Source: Methanotrichaceae archaeon (GTDB lineage: Archaea; Halobacteriota; Methanosarcinia; Methanotrichales; Methanotrichaceae). From it: a DNA stretch of 59,609 bases. Of the stretch, positions 41,043-51,295 are shown piece after piece. The translations under genes and the position numbers were made by a program. The stretch spans positions 1 to 59,609 of the forward strand of contig CAVWIG010000042.1 in NCBI GenBank assembly GCA_963754945.1. Direction: 5' to 3'. The first letter of the stretch is position 1. Each line of letters begins with the position of its first letter. A model generated the notes under the pieces. That model ran no database searches. It was not told the origin of the DNA and worked only from the letters and a program-made list of their open reading frames with translations.

Positions 41043-41185
41043 CGTAATACCCCACAGCTCTGCTGTGGGGATGAAGTGCATAATCCAGCTTGGGAACTGA
41101 TCAGCTAATATGTTTCCGTCTTCATGCGGCGGCGCCACGCATGCCCCGTCAGCTCTGCTGCGGGGTGCGCCGCCGCTCGTTTGAC
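41043..41185. repeat. ~140-bp palindromic element (IS200/IS605-derived PATE-like), copy 2
   Basis: Hairpins CCCCACAGC-TCT-GCTGTGGGG and GCGGCGGCGC..CCCCG(T)CAGC-TCT-GCTGCGGGG..GCGCCGCCGC; ends GTTTGAC. Confidence 0.75.
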
Positions 41186-41268
41186 TCCTGATGAGACAAG
41201 TTTTTCCTTAGCTATCGGTCAAAGTTAGCTATCGATTAAAGAAGTGATTTAATATCAGTAAAGATGAC

Positions 41269-42693
41269 TTGGAAGAGATGAGGGAGCAAGACGAAATCTA
41301 TCGCCTTCTGTCTACGGACTACTACGAGCTGACCATGGCCAAAGGCTATCTCGACAGCCGTATAGAGAATAAAACTGCCACCTTTGATCTCTTTGTAAGA
41401 AGCCTCCCCGAAAACTGGGGATTTTTGATCGCCAACGGGATAGAGGACGCAATAGATTTTTTGACCCAAGACTTTTTCTTCCGGCCTGAGGAGCTCAGTT
41501 ACCTCAAAGATCAGGGATTTCCCGAATATTTTCTTGACTGCTGTAAGGATATCAAGTTCAGTGGAGATGTCTGGGCAGTTCCTGAGGGAACTCCAGTAGC
41601 GCCCAACACTCCTATCCTCAGGGTCACCTCTACGCTGATCCAGGCCCAACTGTCGGAGACCGCCCTATTGAACCTGGTCAACTTCCAGACAATGATCGCA
41701 ACAAAGGCCAACAGGATAGCCAGGGCCGCAGCAGGTGCTCAAGTTGTGGACTTCGGACTGCGGCGCGCCCAAGGTCCGAATGCCGGTCTCAAGGGAGCCA
41801 GAGCCGCTTTCATAGGAGGTTGTCGCGGAACGTCAAATGTGGAGGCAGGAAGGAGGTATGGAATACCTGTTAGTGGCACCCAGGCCCACTCCTGGGTGAT
41901 GGTTTTTCCGAACGAGCTTGATGCCTTCCGCGCTTATGCAGCCTCTTTCCCTGAGAATGTGACTATCCTCATAGACACTTACGACGTTCTGCAGGGAGCA
42001 AGAAACGCTGCTGTTGTCGCCAAAGAGATGGAAGCGGCGGGTCACCGGCTGGATGCTGTCAGGATAGACTCCGGAGACCTGGCAGATCTTTCTAAAGACG
42101 TGAAGGCTATTCTGGACAGCGAAGGGCTTGGTTACGTGAAAATCATCGCCACCAGCGACCTGAATGAGTACAAGATCGCCGAGCTGGTGGCCAAAAAAGC
42201 CAGAATAGATAGCTATGGCGTCGGAACAGAGCTGATTACAGGTAAGCCAGTGGCTGCGCTTCCAGGCGTTTACAAGCTAGTGCAAATCGATGATAGACCG
42301 GTGATCAAGCTTTCCAGCGACAAAGTGACTTACCCGGGAATTAAGCAAACGTACAGGCTCACGGATGACCAGGGCAACTACAAAGAAGATCTTCTGGCTT
42401 TGGAGGACGAAAGGGTTCAAGATTATTCAGGAGGCGAATCGAAGGACAGGGCGTTAAGCAATGATCTTAACGCCGTTCCCTTGTTGGGTCGTGTGATCTC
42501 CCGGGGTAAGCGCGTTATGGCCAGGAAAAACATTCACGAGACTAAGAGCTATGTTGAAGAATGCGTTTCCAAAATGCCCCGCTCATCGTTGAAAATCGTT
42601 GTTCCAACTCCTTATGTAGCGAGGCCATCCACAAAACTGTGTGGGCTGATGAGAGACCTGAGATACAAATATGAGACTTCGGGAGCCGCTTGA
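41269..42693 (+). CDS. pncB: Nicotinate phosphoribosyltransferase
   Basis: TDYYELTM, DFGLRRAQ, GTQAHSW, DTYD, RIDSGD, GVGT motifs. Confidence 0.95.
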   Translation: MEEMREQDEIYRLLSTDYYELTMAKGYLDSRIENKTATFDLFVRSLPENWGFLIANGIEDAIDFLTQDFFFRPEELSYLKDQGFPEYFLDCCKDIKFSGDVWAVPEGTPVAPNTPILRVTSTLIQAQLSETALLNLVNFQTMIATKANRIARAAAGAQVVDFGLRRAQGPNAGLKGARAAFIGGCRGTSNVEAGRRYGIPVSGTQAHSWVMVFPNELDAFRAYAASFPENVTILIDTYDVLQGARNAAVVAKEMEAAGHRLDAVRIDSGDLADLSKDVKAILDSEGLGYVKIIATSDLNEYKIAELVAKKARIDSYGVGTELITGKPVAALPGVYKLVQIDDRPVIKLSSDKVTYPGIKQTYRLTDDQGNYKEDLLALEDERVQDYSGGESKDRALSNDLNAVPLLGRVISRGKRVMARKNIHETKSYVEECVSKMPRSSLKIVVPTPYVARPSTKLCGLMRDLRYKYETSGAA

Positions 42694-43046
42694 GCTTGCC
42701 TGACATCTAAGACTTCTGGAATAAAGCAAGCGATCCGGGAAATATGAAACTAGATCCCGCTCTATGAAATAACTTCGATTTTCGATCCGGCAATAAATTC
42801 AGAGATGCATATCGTAACCCTGCATTCATGGGTCGGGCAAGAGTGGCGTAAACCTTCACTTGTGTACGAGAATAACCTTACAGAATAAATTAACGGTGGC
42901 TTGATAGTTTATATATGATGCTTGGGATCTTGATTAGGGATCCGGTTTGTCTTGATAAGGTTATCTGGACTAAATTCTCGGTGCTTTATGAGAGACATAA
43001 AAACCATGATCAGAATTATCCATACTCACGTTAAAGGGGTTGTTGC

Positions 43047-43712
43047 ATGCCCAAACACAAAGAGCTTGAAGGCATAAAAGGCGTAATCTTCGACTGCTAT
43101 AACACTCTGATCGACATCAAAACCGACGACGAGAGCATAGATACTTACAGGCAGGTAAGTAACTGGCTGATCTATCAGGGCGTTAAAATCGATCCTGAAG
43201 AGCTTATGGCCGAATACAAAAAGACGTCAAAGGAAGAGCTGGAAAGCAGGTGGGAAAAAAATCCAGAGATCAAAGTCGAGCTGGTGTTTAGCAAGATCTG
43301 CAAGCAGCATGCCTTGTGGGGTATCAACGAATCCGTTGTTGGAGTGGAGGCAGCACGCGCTTTCAGGGCGGCATCTCTTAGACATTTCAGTGCATTTCAT
43401 CAGAGTGTGGAGCTTCTGAAAGAGCTGGAAGGATATCCTATGGGAATAGTGTCCAACGCTCAAGCAGTCTTCTCTCTGTCAGAGTTGAAGTACCTGGATC
43501 TGAGCAAGCACTTTCAATTCGTGATCCTCTCATCAGAATTCGGGCACAGGAAGCCTGACCCCAGAATTATCCTGGAGGGGGCTAGAAAGCTGGGCCTAAA
43601 ACCCGAAGAGATCTTGTCCATTGGCGACAGCATGGAGCATGACATCGTGCCATCAGAAAAGCTAGGCATGAAGGCCATGCTCATCGAGGAAGCCTGGAAG
43701 CTCTTAAAGTAA
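43047..43712 (+). CDS. HAD-family hydrolase
   Basis: FDCYNTL, SNA, KPDP, IGDS..HD motifs. Confidence 0.92.
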   Translation: MPKHKELEGIKGVIFDCYNTLIDIKTDDESIDTYRQVSNWLIYQGVKIDPEELMAEYKKTSKEELESRWEKNPEIKVELVFSKICKQHALWGINESVVGVEAARAFRAASLRHFSAFHQSVELLKELEGYPMGIVSNAQAVFSLSELKYLDLSKHFQFVILSSEFGHRKPDPRIILEGARKLGLKPEEILSIGDSMEHDIVPSEKLGMKAMLIEEAWKLLK

Positions 43713-43883
43713 CCAAAATAGCATTTATCACTTTAGGAGCCGAAATACCAAAGGTTACTCTGATACTAACGACAATTTTTTAGGCACATTTAAGCACATC
43801 GGCCGAAGTAAAACCTGTGGAAGCCAACAGTTTTATCTCGGCCATACATAATTCCCTCATCTCATCATTATCGTGGAGTTATT

Positions 43884-44555
43884 ATGATTGAGCGCGAAGG
43901 GTTGCAGGGAATAAAGGGCGTATTATTCGATTGCTATAAAACTTTGATAGATATAGTAACCGACGAAGACGACCAGAAGACCTATGAATGCGTCAGCAAC
44001 TGGCTGATTTATCAGGGTGTCAGGATAACTCCTGATCAGTTGAAGAAGGAGTACAAAGGAAGTTGCCTGCTGGGGACTCAAAGCTCCGGGCAAGAGCATC
44101 CCGAGGTTAGGGTAGAGAAAATGTTCGAAGGCATTTGCAAACAACATTCGCTTTGGGATATAGACAAGACAACCCTGGGTGAAGAGACAGCCAGAGCCTT
44201 CCGGTCGGCCTCGCTTAGAAGGCTGCAGGTTTTTCCACAAAGCATGAGGCTCTTAGAGGAGCTGAGGGAGTATCCTTTAGGCGTAGTCTCCAACGGCCAG
44301 AGGGTTTTTTCAGAGATCGAGCTGAGGTATCTGGATCTATTCGATCACTTCAAGTCCGTTATCTTCTCCTCGGATCTTGGTTTTAAAAAGCCCGACCCGA
44401 GGATCTTCCTGGCGGGAGCTAGAGCGCTGGGGTTGAACGAAGAAGAGGTACTCTACATAGGCGACAATTTCGAAAATGACATAATACCTTCGGTTAAGCT
44501 GGGGATGAAAGCCATGCACATCGAGGAAGCCTGGAGGTTCTTCAAGGTGATTTGA
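43884..44555 (+). CDS. HAD-family hydrolase (tandem paralog)
   Basis: FDCYKTL, SNG, KPDP, IGDN..ND motifs; similar to the previous gene. Confidence 0.92.
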   Translation: MIEREGLQGIKGVLFDCYKTLIDIVTDEDDQKTYECVSNWLIYQGVRITPDQLKKEYKGSCLLGTQSSGQEHPEVRVEKMFEGICKQHSLWDIDKTTLGEETARAFRSASLRRLQVFPQSMRLLEELREYPLGVVSNGQRVFSEIELRYLDLFDHFKSVIFSSDLGFKKPDPRIFLAGARALGLNEEEVLYIGDNFENDIIPSVKLGMKAMHIEEAWRFFKVI

Positions 44556-45221
44556 AGAGGAGCCTACAGATAATTGTCCTAGGTAGGCTTGTCTAGATAA
44601 TGCCATTATGAGGGATGAACTGAACTTATCTGTTGTCCGTTAGACAACGCAAGTATGCTTGACTGTGGATCGGGAAATATAGGTATATAGAAAATAAAAT
44701 CAGAATGATGTTAAGCATGGGAGTTGCAATGGTGACACACCGACGATATGAGATCGTCTCTTCCTTATTGTCTCCTACAGTCCTGGTAATTACCTGAATA
44801 TTTTGTCAAAGAATCGTACCATCGAATATCTATATAGATTAATTACATGAATTATTGGTAAATAGTTAATTGAGATAAAGTATATAATGGCTTATCATAG
44901 AGAACCCTGCTATTGTGAAAACGATTCCTGGGGAGACCCTGGCTAAGATTGCGCTTGAGGAGGACACAAGTTCCCAAGGAGCTTGTTCTCGAGGGGCTCC
45001 ACAAATGGGTAATATGGAAAATTTGGACAGCAACCTCCTGCACATTTCCTTTTCTGACAAGTCGGTATTGAGTTCAATATTCCCGACCTTTTCTCCGAGA
45101 TTGCCAAAATCAAGAAATGTCAAAACTGGGCAAAAGCATCCAGGCGAACACTATTTAGGCGAATTCGTTTTTTCCTTGAAAGTGCTGACAGAAGCCCGGA
45201 ACCAACGTGAGGTGAAGAACG

Positions 45222-45707
45222 ATGAGTGAAGCTGCAAACCTTGGATATATCCCGCTAGGCTGCGATCTTCTTGGACAGGTTGATTATTACGGAGCAATTC
45301 TGGGAAAGAAGGACCTGATAACCAGGGAAGGAGAATTTAGGATCAGCAAGCTTGGCCTTATCGTCGATCTGATCAAAGCGATAGATGTACCGTACGACAT
45401 GATAAGCAAGTTGACTACAGCGATCATTGAAGCCTGGCGTCTTGATGCCCCCGAAAGATCCCTCGATGAGAGGGCAGAGGAGATGAGCTATATCATGCAA
45501 AGCATCGAAGCCGTCAGAAGCACTATTCAATGGTGTAAAAGGCATCAAGGACCTGATACCGTCAGGAGGCTGGACATCGCCGTACTGTTTGCTTTACCTC
45601 TAATGCCTTCAGACCTGTGCTCCTCAGAAGTTGGCCGGGTCCATGACCTCCTTGGCCAAATCGTGGATTATCTGTCAAAGACAGATGAAAACAATGTGAA
45701 ACATTGA
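45222..45707 (+). CDS. Hypothetical protein
   Basis: 161-aa ORF with GAGGTGA RBS. Confidence 0.7.
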   Translation: MSEAANLGYIPLGCDLLGQVDYYGAILGKKDLITREGEFRISKLGLIVDLIKAIDVPYDMISKLTTAIIEAWRLDAPERSLDERAEEMSYIMQSIEAVRSTIQWCKRHQGPDTVRRLDIAVLFALPLMPSDLCSSEVGRVHDLLGQIVDYLSKTDENNVKH

Positions 45708-45992
45708 TGGTCGAATGAAAGTCTACTATTTATATCTTAGTTAAAATATAAGAATAATCGTAGATGCAGCTTTGCAAGAGTAGGTTCACTTTTCGGGGTA
45801 TTTGACCCAGTGCGTCTATTCGGTCATATCAAGCCCTTTTTGAAGAAGAAGAACCCCTCTCAAACCAATTGTTCTCCAAATTGTCATGAACCGCTAGAAG
45901 ACGGGAGAACAATATTGTAACAAGGTTAAATAGTTCGATCCATAAACAGTTCAATTAACATAGTTGTTCAACCAATAGAAAGCTGGGATTCG

Positions 45993-46538
45993 ATGATACC
46001 AGTATTAGCATCTAAGAAGTACATAACTACGCTCACCATATTAGCGATTGTTTCGTCAGTGCTTGTGTGCCAAGGAGGAGTCGAAAAAATGAAAAATCTG
46101 GAAGTTAGGCTTGGGTTCAACCAGGTTCCCGTGGACTACACCTGCGACGGCAGGGACATCTCACCGAAGATTGAGTTTCACGGGCTGAATGCGACATCGG
46201 TTGCAATAATATTGGAGGATACTGATGCGCCAATGGGCACGTTCACTCATTGGGTCATCTGGAACGTCGAGCCTACAGATTTTGTGCCCGCAGACATACC
46301 AAACAATCTAACCCTGGTAAAGCCCTTCAAGGCTGTGCAGGGTTCGAACAGCGCTGGGATGATAGGGTACATGGGTCCATGCCCACCAAAGGGAAAGCCC
46401 CACCGCTACTACTTCAGAGTCTATGGATTGGACAGGATGCTGGATCTGGATCCTGGCGCTACCAAGAGCGACCTAGAGAATGCCATGAAAGGACACATCC
46501 TGCAGCAGGGCCAAGCCATGGCAACCTATCAAAGATAA
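45993..46538 (+). CDS. YbhB/YbcL (PEBP) family protein
   Basis: YTCDG..SP, DTDAP..FTHW, GYMGPCPP, HRYYF. Confidence 0.93.
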   Translation: MIPVLASKKYITTLTILAIVSSVLVCQGGVEKMKNLEVRLGFNQVPVDYTCDGRDISPKIEFHGLNATSVAIILEDTDAPMGTFTHWVIWNVEPTDFVPADIPNNLTLVKPFKAVQGSNSAGMIGYMGPCPPKGKPHRYYFRVYGLDRMLDLDPGATKSDLENAMKGHILQQGQAMATYQR

Positions 46539-46654
46539 AGCGCAAAATGGATTAGGCACAGGAAGATCAGTTGCACTAAGAAGCCGAAACCAAAAAGGGC
46601 CCGCTATGATATAGGCTGGTTAGACAACTTGTTATCCGCCAAATACGAGGTCTC

Positions 46655-48094
46655 ATGCACAGCTCGAAGATGTTGATCGATGGAAAGCTAGTGAACTCCG
46701 TCGCAAGCGAAGTTGCTACAATTTACAATCCTGCCACCAAGGAGCCTGTAGCCGAGGTTTCCGTGGGGGTCCGCATAGATGCCCAGCTAGCCCTGGACGC
46801 TGCCAGGATCGCTTTTCCCATATGGTCAGAGACTCACAGTCAGCAACGAGGTGAAATCCTACACGAAGCAGCCAGACTTGTGCGCCAGCGCGTTCTGGAG
46901 ATGGCCACTCTTCTAACCTGTGAGCAAGGTAAGCCATTGAAGGATTCCAGAAGAGAAGTGCTGTCCTCAGCAGATGTCCTCGACTACTACGCCGAGGAGG
47001 GCAAACGTAACTTCGGCCAATGGGTTCCAACAGCATCCCGAGGCAGCAGAAGCCTAGTAGTGAAGCAGCCCATCGGGGTGGCGGCTATCATCACTCCATG
47101 GAACTTGCCAGTGGATCTCATGGCCTGGAAGGTCGGGCCTGCGCTTGCTGCGGGTTGCACCGTTGTGGCAAAGCCGCCGAGCCTTGCACCGCTGGCGGCA
47201 ACAGCTTTTATTCAGGCTGTAAATGATGCGGGAATGCCTCCCGGGGTGGTAAACGTTGTCCATGGATCGGGCAGCGTTGTCGGCGCTGAGCTGGTGGAAA
47301 ACCCGATCTCGAGAAAAATCGCCTTCACCGGCGAGACTGCGACTGGCAGATGGATCATGGAGAGGGCCGCTAGATACATCAAGCGCGTCTCCCTAGAGCT
47401 GGGCGGCCAATCTCCCTTCATCGTCTGCAGTGACGCCTCAATAGACAAGGCCGTGTCGGCCTGTGCTCAGAGGGCCTTCTCCAACATGGGGCAGATATGC
47501 ATCAGCGCTAACAGGATCTATGTAGCGGAAGAGGTGGCGGAGGAGTTCACCTCGAAGCTGGTCGATCGCACCATGATGCTCAAAGTTGGGAACGGCCTTG
47601 AACCCGGAATTGACCTCGGTCCCATGTTCAGCGAGCCTGTGCGCCAGAAGACCGAGGAGCACATCGCTGACGCAGTACAAAAAGGAGCCAGGGTATTGTG
47701 CGGCGGTCACAAGCCTGAAGGAAAAGAATACGAAAATGGTTTCTTTTTCTTGCCCACTGTCCTTGAAAATGTCGATCACAGCATGCGGATGATGCGCGAG
47801 GAGACCTTTGGACCTGTCGCTCCCATAATGCATTTCGAGGATCTGGATGAGGCCATTAGCCTTGCCAACGATACCGAGTATGGCTTGGCAGCATACATTT
47901 TCACCAATGACCTGACCACGGCCATAAAGGCAGCTGAAAGGTTAGAAGCTGGTGGCATTGGCGTCAACGTGAATAACGTAGCAGAGATTCAGGCACCGTT
48001 TGGAGGGTGGAAGCAGAGCGGTTTAGGTAGAGAGCTTGGTCACTACGGCCTGGACGAGTATCTGGAGATCAAGCACATCCGTTTTGGTTTATAA
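46655..48094 (+). CDS. NAD-dependent aldehyde dehydrogenase (succinate-semialdehyde dehydrogenase-like)
   Basis: ITPWN, FTGET, LELGG, GQIC, EETFGP, PFGGWKQSG motifs. Confidence 0.93.
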   Translation: MHSSKMLIDGKLVNSVASEVATIYNPATKEPVAEVSVGVRIDAQLALDAARIAFPIWSETHSQQRGEILHEAARLVRQRVLEMATLLTCEQGKPLKDSRREVLSSADVLDYYAEEGKRNFGQWVPTASRGSRSLVVKQPIGVAAIITPWNLPVDLMAWKVGPALAAGCTVVAKPPSLAPLAATAFIQAVNDAGMPPGVVNVVHGSGSVVGAELVENPISRKIAFTGETATGRWIMERAARYIKRVSLELGGQSPFIVCSDASIDKAVSACAQRAFSNMGQICISANRIYVAEEVAEEFTSKLVDRTMMLKVGNGLEPGIDLGPMFSEPVRQKTEEHIADAVQKGARVLCGGHKPEGKEYENGFFFLPTVLENVDHSMRMMREETFGPVAPIMHFEDLDEAISLANDTEYGLAAYIFTNDLTTAIKAAERLEAGGIGVNVNNVAEIQAPFGGWKQSGLGRELGHYGLDEYLEIKHIRFGL

Positions 48095-48356
48095 TTGTAC
48101 AATCAATACCAGCAAAATACATCAACGTCATGTTACTTATTTTGTGTAGCAATGATGAATAGGAACTATGCAGTCAACTGCTGCAAGCGCACTGCAGTCA
48201 AGTTCTGTATTCCAACTTTTTCTGCTATATCATTATCGTTAAATCTAAATGAATTTAAGTAGTAACGAGCAAGAATAAGTAGTGTAAGCAGTAGTAACAA
48301 GGAGTCATTCAATAGTAGAACAAGAGATATACTCCGATGTTAAGGATTGATAGATC

Positions 48357-48912
48357 ATGCCTGGGAAACGTTCATCTTTGAATTTGCTAAGGGTGATATT
48401 GTCAATATCGATCATTTCATCCCTATATCCCATTGTCTTATTAGATACTGCTACTGCGCACAACCCGTCTGAAGAAGCTAGCAATGCTCATGCACAAAGT
48501 CATCAATTGCCTTTGCCCTGGCCTTTTCATTTGATCTTTGTTTCAGTTCGGAAGTGTTGCCCTGACTGGAGGGGTTCTTGCTGCAAGATATCGAAAGAAT
48601 AAGAGAGATTGGATCTCGCTCCATAAAAAAATGGTTCTTTTCGGTGCTGCTTCTGTTTTAGCTGGACTGTCCGTTGCATCATACATGGTCTCTAGGTACA
48701 TGGAGACATACTTTGTACAAGAGCCACACGCGTATCTCGGAGCCAGTACATTCGTTTTTATCGTAGCTACTCCAATACTAGGAATAGCCCAATTCAGGAT
48801 AAAGGACAAGAGAATACGAATCATACACCGATGGTCAGGCCGTATTACAATGCTGCTCATCGTAGCGACTATTATTGCCGGAATCCAGATGGTACTGATG
48901 GTGTTGAGTTAG
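48357..48912 (+). CDS. Membrane protein with His-containing TM helices (cytochrome b561/DUF4079-like); frameshift at ~48540
   Basis: WPFH / W..LHKK, PHAYLG, IHRWSGR across two overlapping ORFs. Confidence 0.6.
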
Positions 48913-48965
48913 TGTACATCAAATCAAAGGGCATTAGCTAACTTCGGATATTGATTTTAGCCTTT

Positions 48966-49031
48966 TTCCAATCTACTTACAATCGACTTCCAATCTACTT
49001 ACAATCGACTTCTAATCTAATTCTAATCTAA
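48966..49031. repeat. Six tandem degenerate 11-mers
   Basis: TTCCAATCTAC TTACAATCGAC TTCCAATCTAC TTACAATCGAC TTCTAATCTAA TTCTAATCTAA. Confidence 0.85.
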
Positions 49032-49182
49032 TTCTTCACCATCAATTTGGGTGAGTGAAACTGTACGGATGGGATAGGATTGCAGAAAAATTGGTTTATA
49101 GATCTAACCAATTAACGTTCAGTCAGAATCGTTATTTAGTTAAACCAAGAACCACTTTGTTGCTGGTCCAAAGTGAGAAAAG

Positions 49183-51129
49183 ATGAACAAAGTCACTATC
49201 GGTCTGATTCAGACATCCGTCACGGAGAACACCAACCTTAACCTGCATAGAGCTTTGGCTAAAGCCAAAGAAGCGATTGCCAAAGGGGCGCAGATAATAT
49301 GTCTCCAGGAGTTGTACAGGACGATATATTTCCCTCAAGCGGAGCGCACCGACGCGACGTGCTTTGCTGAGACTATCCCGGGAGAATCGACCGATGCCTT
49401 CGCGGTCCTCGCCAAAAAATACGGCGTAGTGATCGTTGTTCCCTTGTTTGAAAAAGATGATAAAGGCAGTTACTACAACTCCGTAGCAGTCATCGATGCT
49501 GGTGGAAGGCTGTTGCCCACCTACCGTAAAGTGCATATCCCGCACGATCCCCTGTTTTATGAGAAGAATTACTTCAAAGACGGCCTGGATTTCCAGGTCT
49601 ACGACACACGCTATGCCCGCCTGTCCGTTCTCATCTGCTACGACCAGTGGTTCCCTGAAGCAGCCAGGATCGTTGCTCTAAAAGGCGCAGATATCATATT
49701 CTACCCCACGGCCATCGGCTGGATCAAGGGAGAAGGGATGCCGCCCGAAGGAGACTGGCACGATGCCTGGGAGACTGTTCAGCGGGGACACGCCATAGCT
49801 AACGGAGTCCACGTTGCTTCAGTGAACAGAGTAGGCCCGGAGGGAGACCTGATCTTCTGGGGCAGTTCCTTTGTCTGTGACTCCTTTGGACAGGTCATCA
49901 AGCGGGCAAGCGACAAGGACGAAGAGGTCTTGGTCGTGGAGATCGACCTGGACAAGAACAGTGAGGTCCAGGAGGGTTGGGGCTTTCTCAGGAACAGGCG
50001 GCCTGAGACCTATGGCTCGCTGATTGAGGCAAAAAGGCCAGAGCATTGTCAAGCCGCAACGGACCAACTCAATCTGGCCAGTCGGCTATGCCTTCGAGGA
50101 ACTCCCCTGAGGCTCGGCTACCATATGCCTGCCGAGTGGGAGCGGCATGATGCCATCTGGCTCTCCTGGCCATACGATCTGGACAGCTTCCCGGAGATCG
50201 ATCGAGTGGAGAAGGCCTATATTTCCTTAATTAAGGCTATCCACAATAGTGAGACTGTCAACTTGTTGGTCACCAACGAGAAGATGATGACAAAAGTTGT
50301 ATATCTTCTCAAGAATGCTGGAATAAATCTGCAACTTCTCCGGCTACACCAGATCGACTATGCCGACGTTTGGTTCAGGGACTATGGCCCTACCTTCGTT
50401 GTCAACCGGGCCAGTAATAAGCTGGCAATGGTTGCTTGGATCTTCAACGCTTGGGGCGAAAAGTACACGTTGCTGATGAAAGACTCCAGAATACCGTGTC
50501 TGATAAATGAGGAGCTGAAGCTGGAATGTTTCCAGCCCGGCATAGTTCTCGAAGGCGGATCAATCGACGTCAACGGCCAAGGGACTGTCTTGACTACAGA
50601 GCAGTGCCTACTGAACAGGAACAGAAACCCACAGCTTTCGAGAGTAGAGATCGAAAGCTACCTCCATGAGTACCTGGGCACAAACAAGGTCATCTGGCTG
50701 AAAGAGGGCATCGCCGGTGACGATACCGACGGCCACGTAGACGACGTGGCCAGGTTTGTGGGACCTAACACTGTTTTATGCGCATACGAGGAGGACGATG
50801 CGGATGAAAATTACGGAGCACTCAAGGAGAACTACGAGATCCTCTGCGCCTCTTCGGATCAGGATGGAAATGAACTTCGGGTGATCAAGCTCCCCATGCC
50901 CGGCTTTGTGGGCGATGATGAACGCCTGCCCGCCAGCTACGCCAACTTCTATATCGGTAACAGCGTTGTTCTAGTGCCCAATTTCGGCCATAAAAACGAC
51001 CAGAGAGCGATGAGGATAATTCAAGAGGCGATCCCTGAGAGAAGAGTGGTTGGGATAAATTGCAGGGAGCTGGTGTATGGCCTCGGAACCATCCACTGCA
51101 TAAGTCAGCAACAACCAGCTCTTAGGTAG
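49183..51129 (+). CDS. N-carbamoylputrescine amidase (AguB)-agmatine deiminase (AguA) fusion
   Basis: CN-hydrolase QEL, YRKVHIP, ICYDQWFPE; deiminase MPAEWE, WFRDYGP, EGGSID, DTDGHVD, GTIHCISQQ. Confidence 0.93.
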   Translation: MNKVTIGLIQTSVTENTNLNLHRALAKAKEAIAKGAQIICLQELYRTIYFPQAERTDATCFAETIPGESTDAFAVLAKKYGVVIVVPLFEKDDKGSYYNSVAVIDAGGRLLPTYRKVHIPHDPLFYEKNYFKDGLDFQVYDTRYARLSVLICYDQWFPEAARIVALKGADIIFYPTAIGWIKGEGMPPEGDWHDAWETVQRGHAIANGVHVASVNRVGPEGDLIFWGSSFVCDSFGQVIKRASDKDEEVLVVEIDLDKNSEVQEGWGFLRNRRPETYGSLIEAKRPEHCQAATDQLNLASRLCLRGTPLRLGYHMPAEWERHDAIWLSWPYDLDSFPEIDRVEKAYISLIKAIHNSETVNLLVTNEKMMTKVVYLLKNAGINLQLLRLHQIDYADVWFRDYGPTFVVNRASNKLAMVAWIFNAWGEKYTLLMKDSRIPCLINEELKLECFQPGIVLEGGSIDVNGQGTVLTTEQCLLNRNRNPQLSRVEIESYLHEYLGTNKVIWLKEGIAGDDTDGHVDDVARFVGPNTVLCAYEEDDADENYGALKENYEILCASSDQDGNELRVIKLPMPGFVGDDERLPASYANFYIGNSVVLVPNFGHKNDQRAMRIIQEAIPERRVVGINCRELVYGLGTIHCISQQQPALR

Positions 51130-51295
51130 GAACTTGTAATCACAGTCGAATTTGGGGGGGTAAGTTCACCTCCAAAATCGATTGTCAGCCTAAGTCGTTG
51201 AATCCCGGTTATCCAGGAAGGAATTTAGATTTTCACTGTTTTTCGATGATTGTCGGAGTTACCTAGAGAGTTTTAATAACGCGCATCTTCTCTCC

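Noticed and set aside
44915-45229. 104-aa ORF upstream of 45222
   Set aside because: GTG start, no RBS or motif; likely spurious
48258-48322. Repeated AGTAGTAAC-like motifs upstream of the 48357 gene
   Set aside because: Short, irregularly spaced and in low-complexity AT-rich DNA; cannot be supported as operator sites
48966-49031. Possible mini-CRISPR array
   Set aside because: Units are contiguous 11-mers with no spacers, and there are no cas genes in the window
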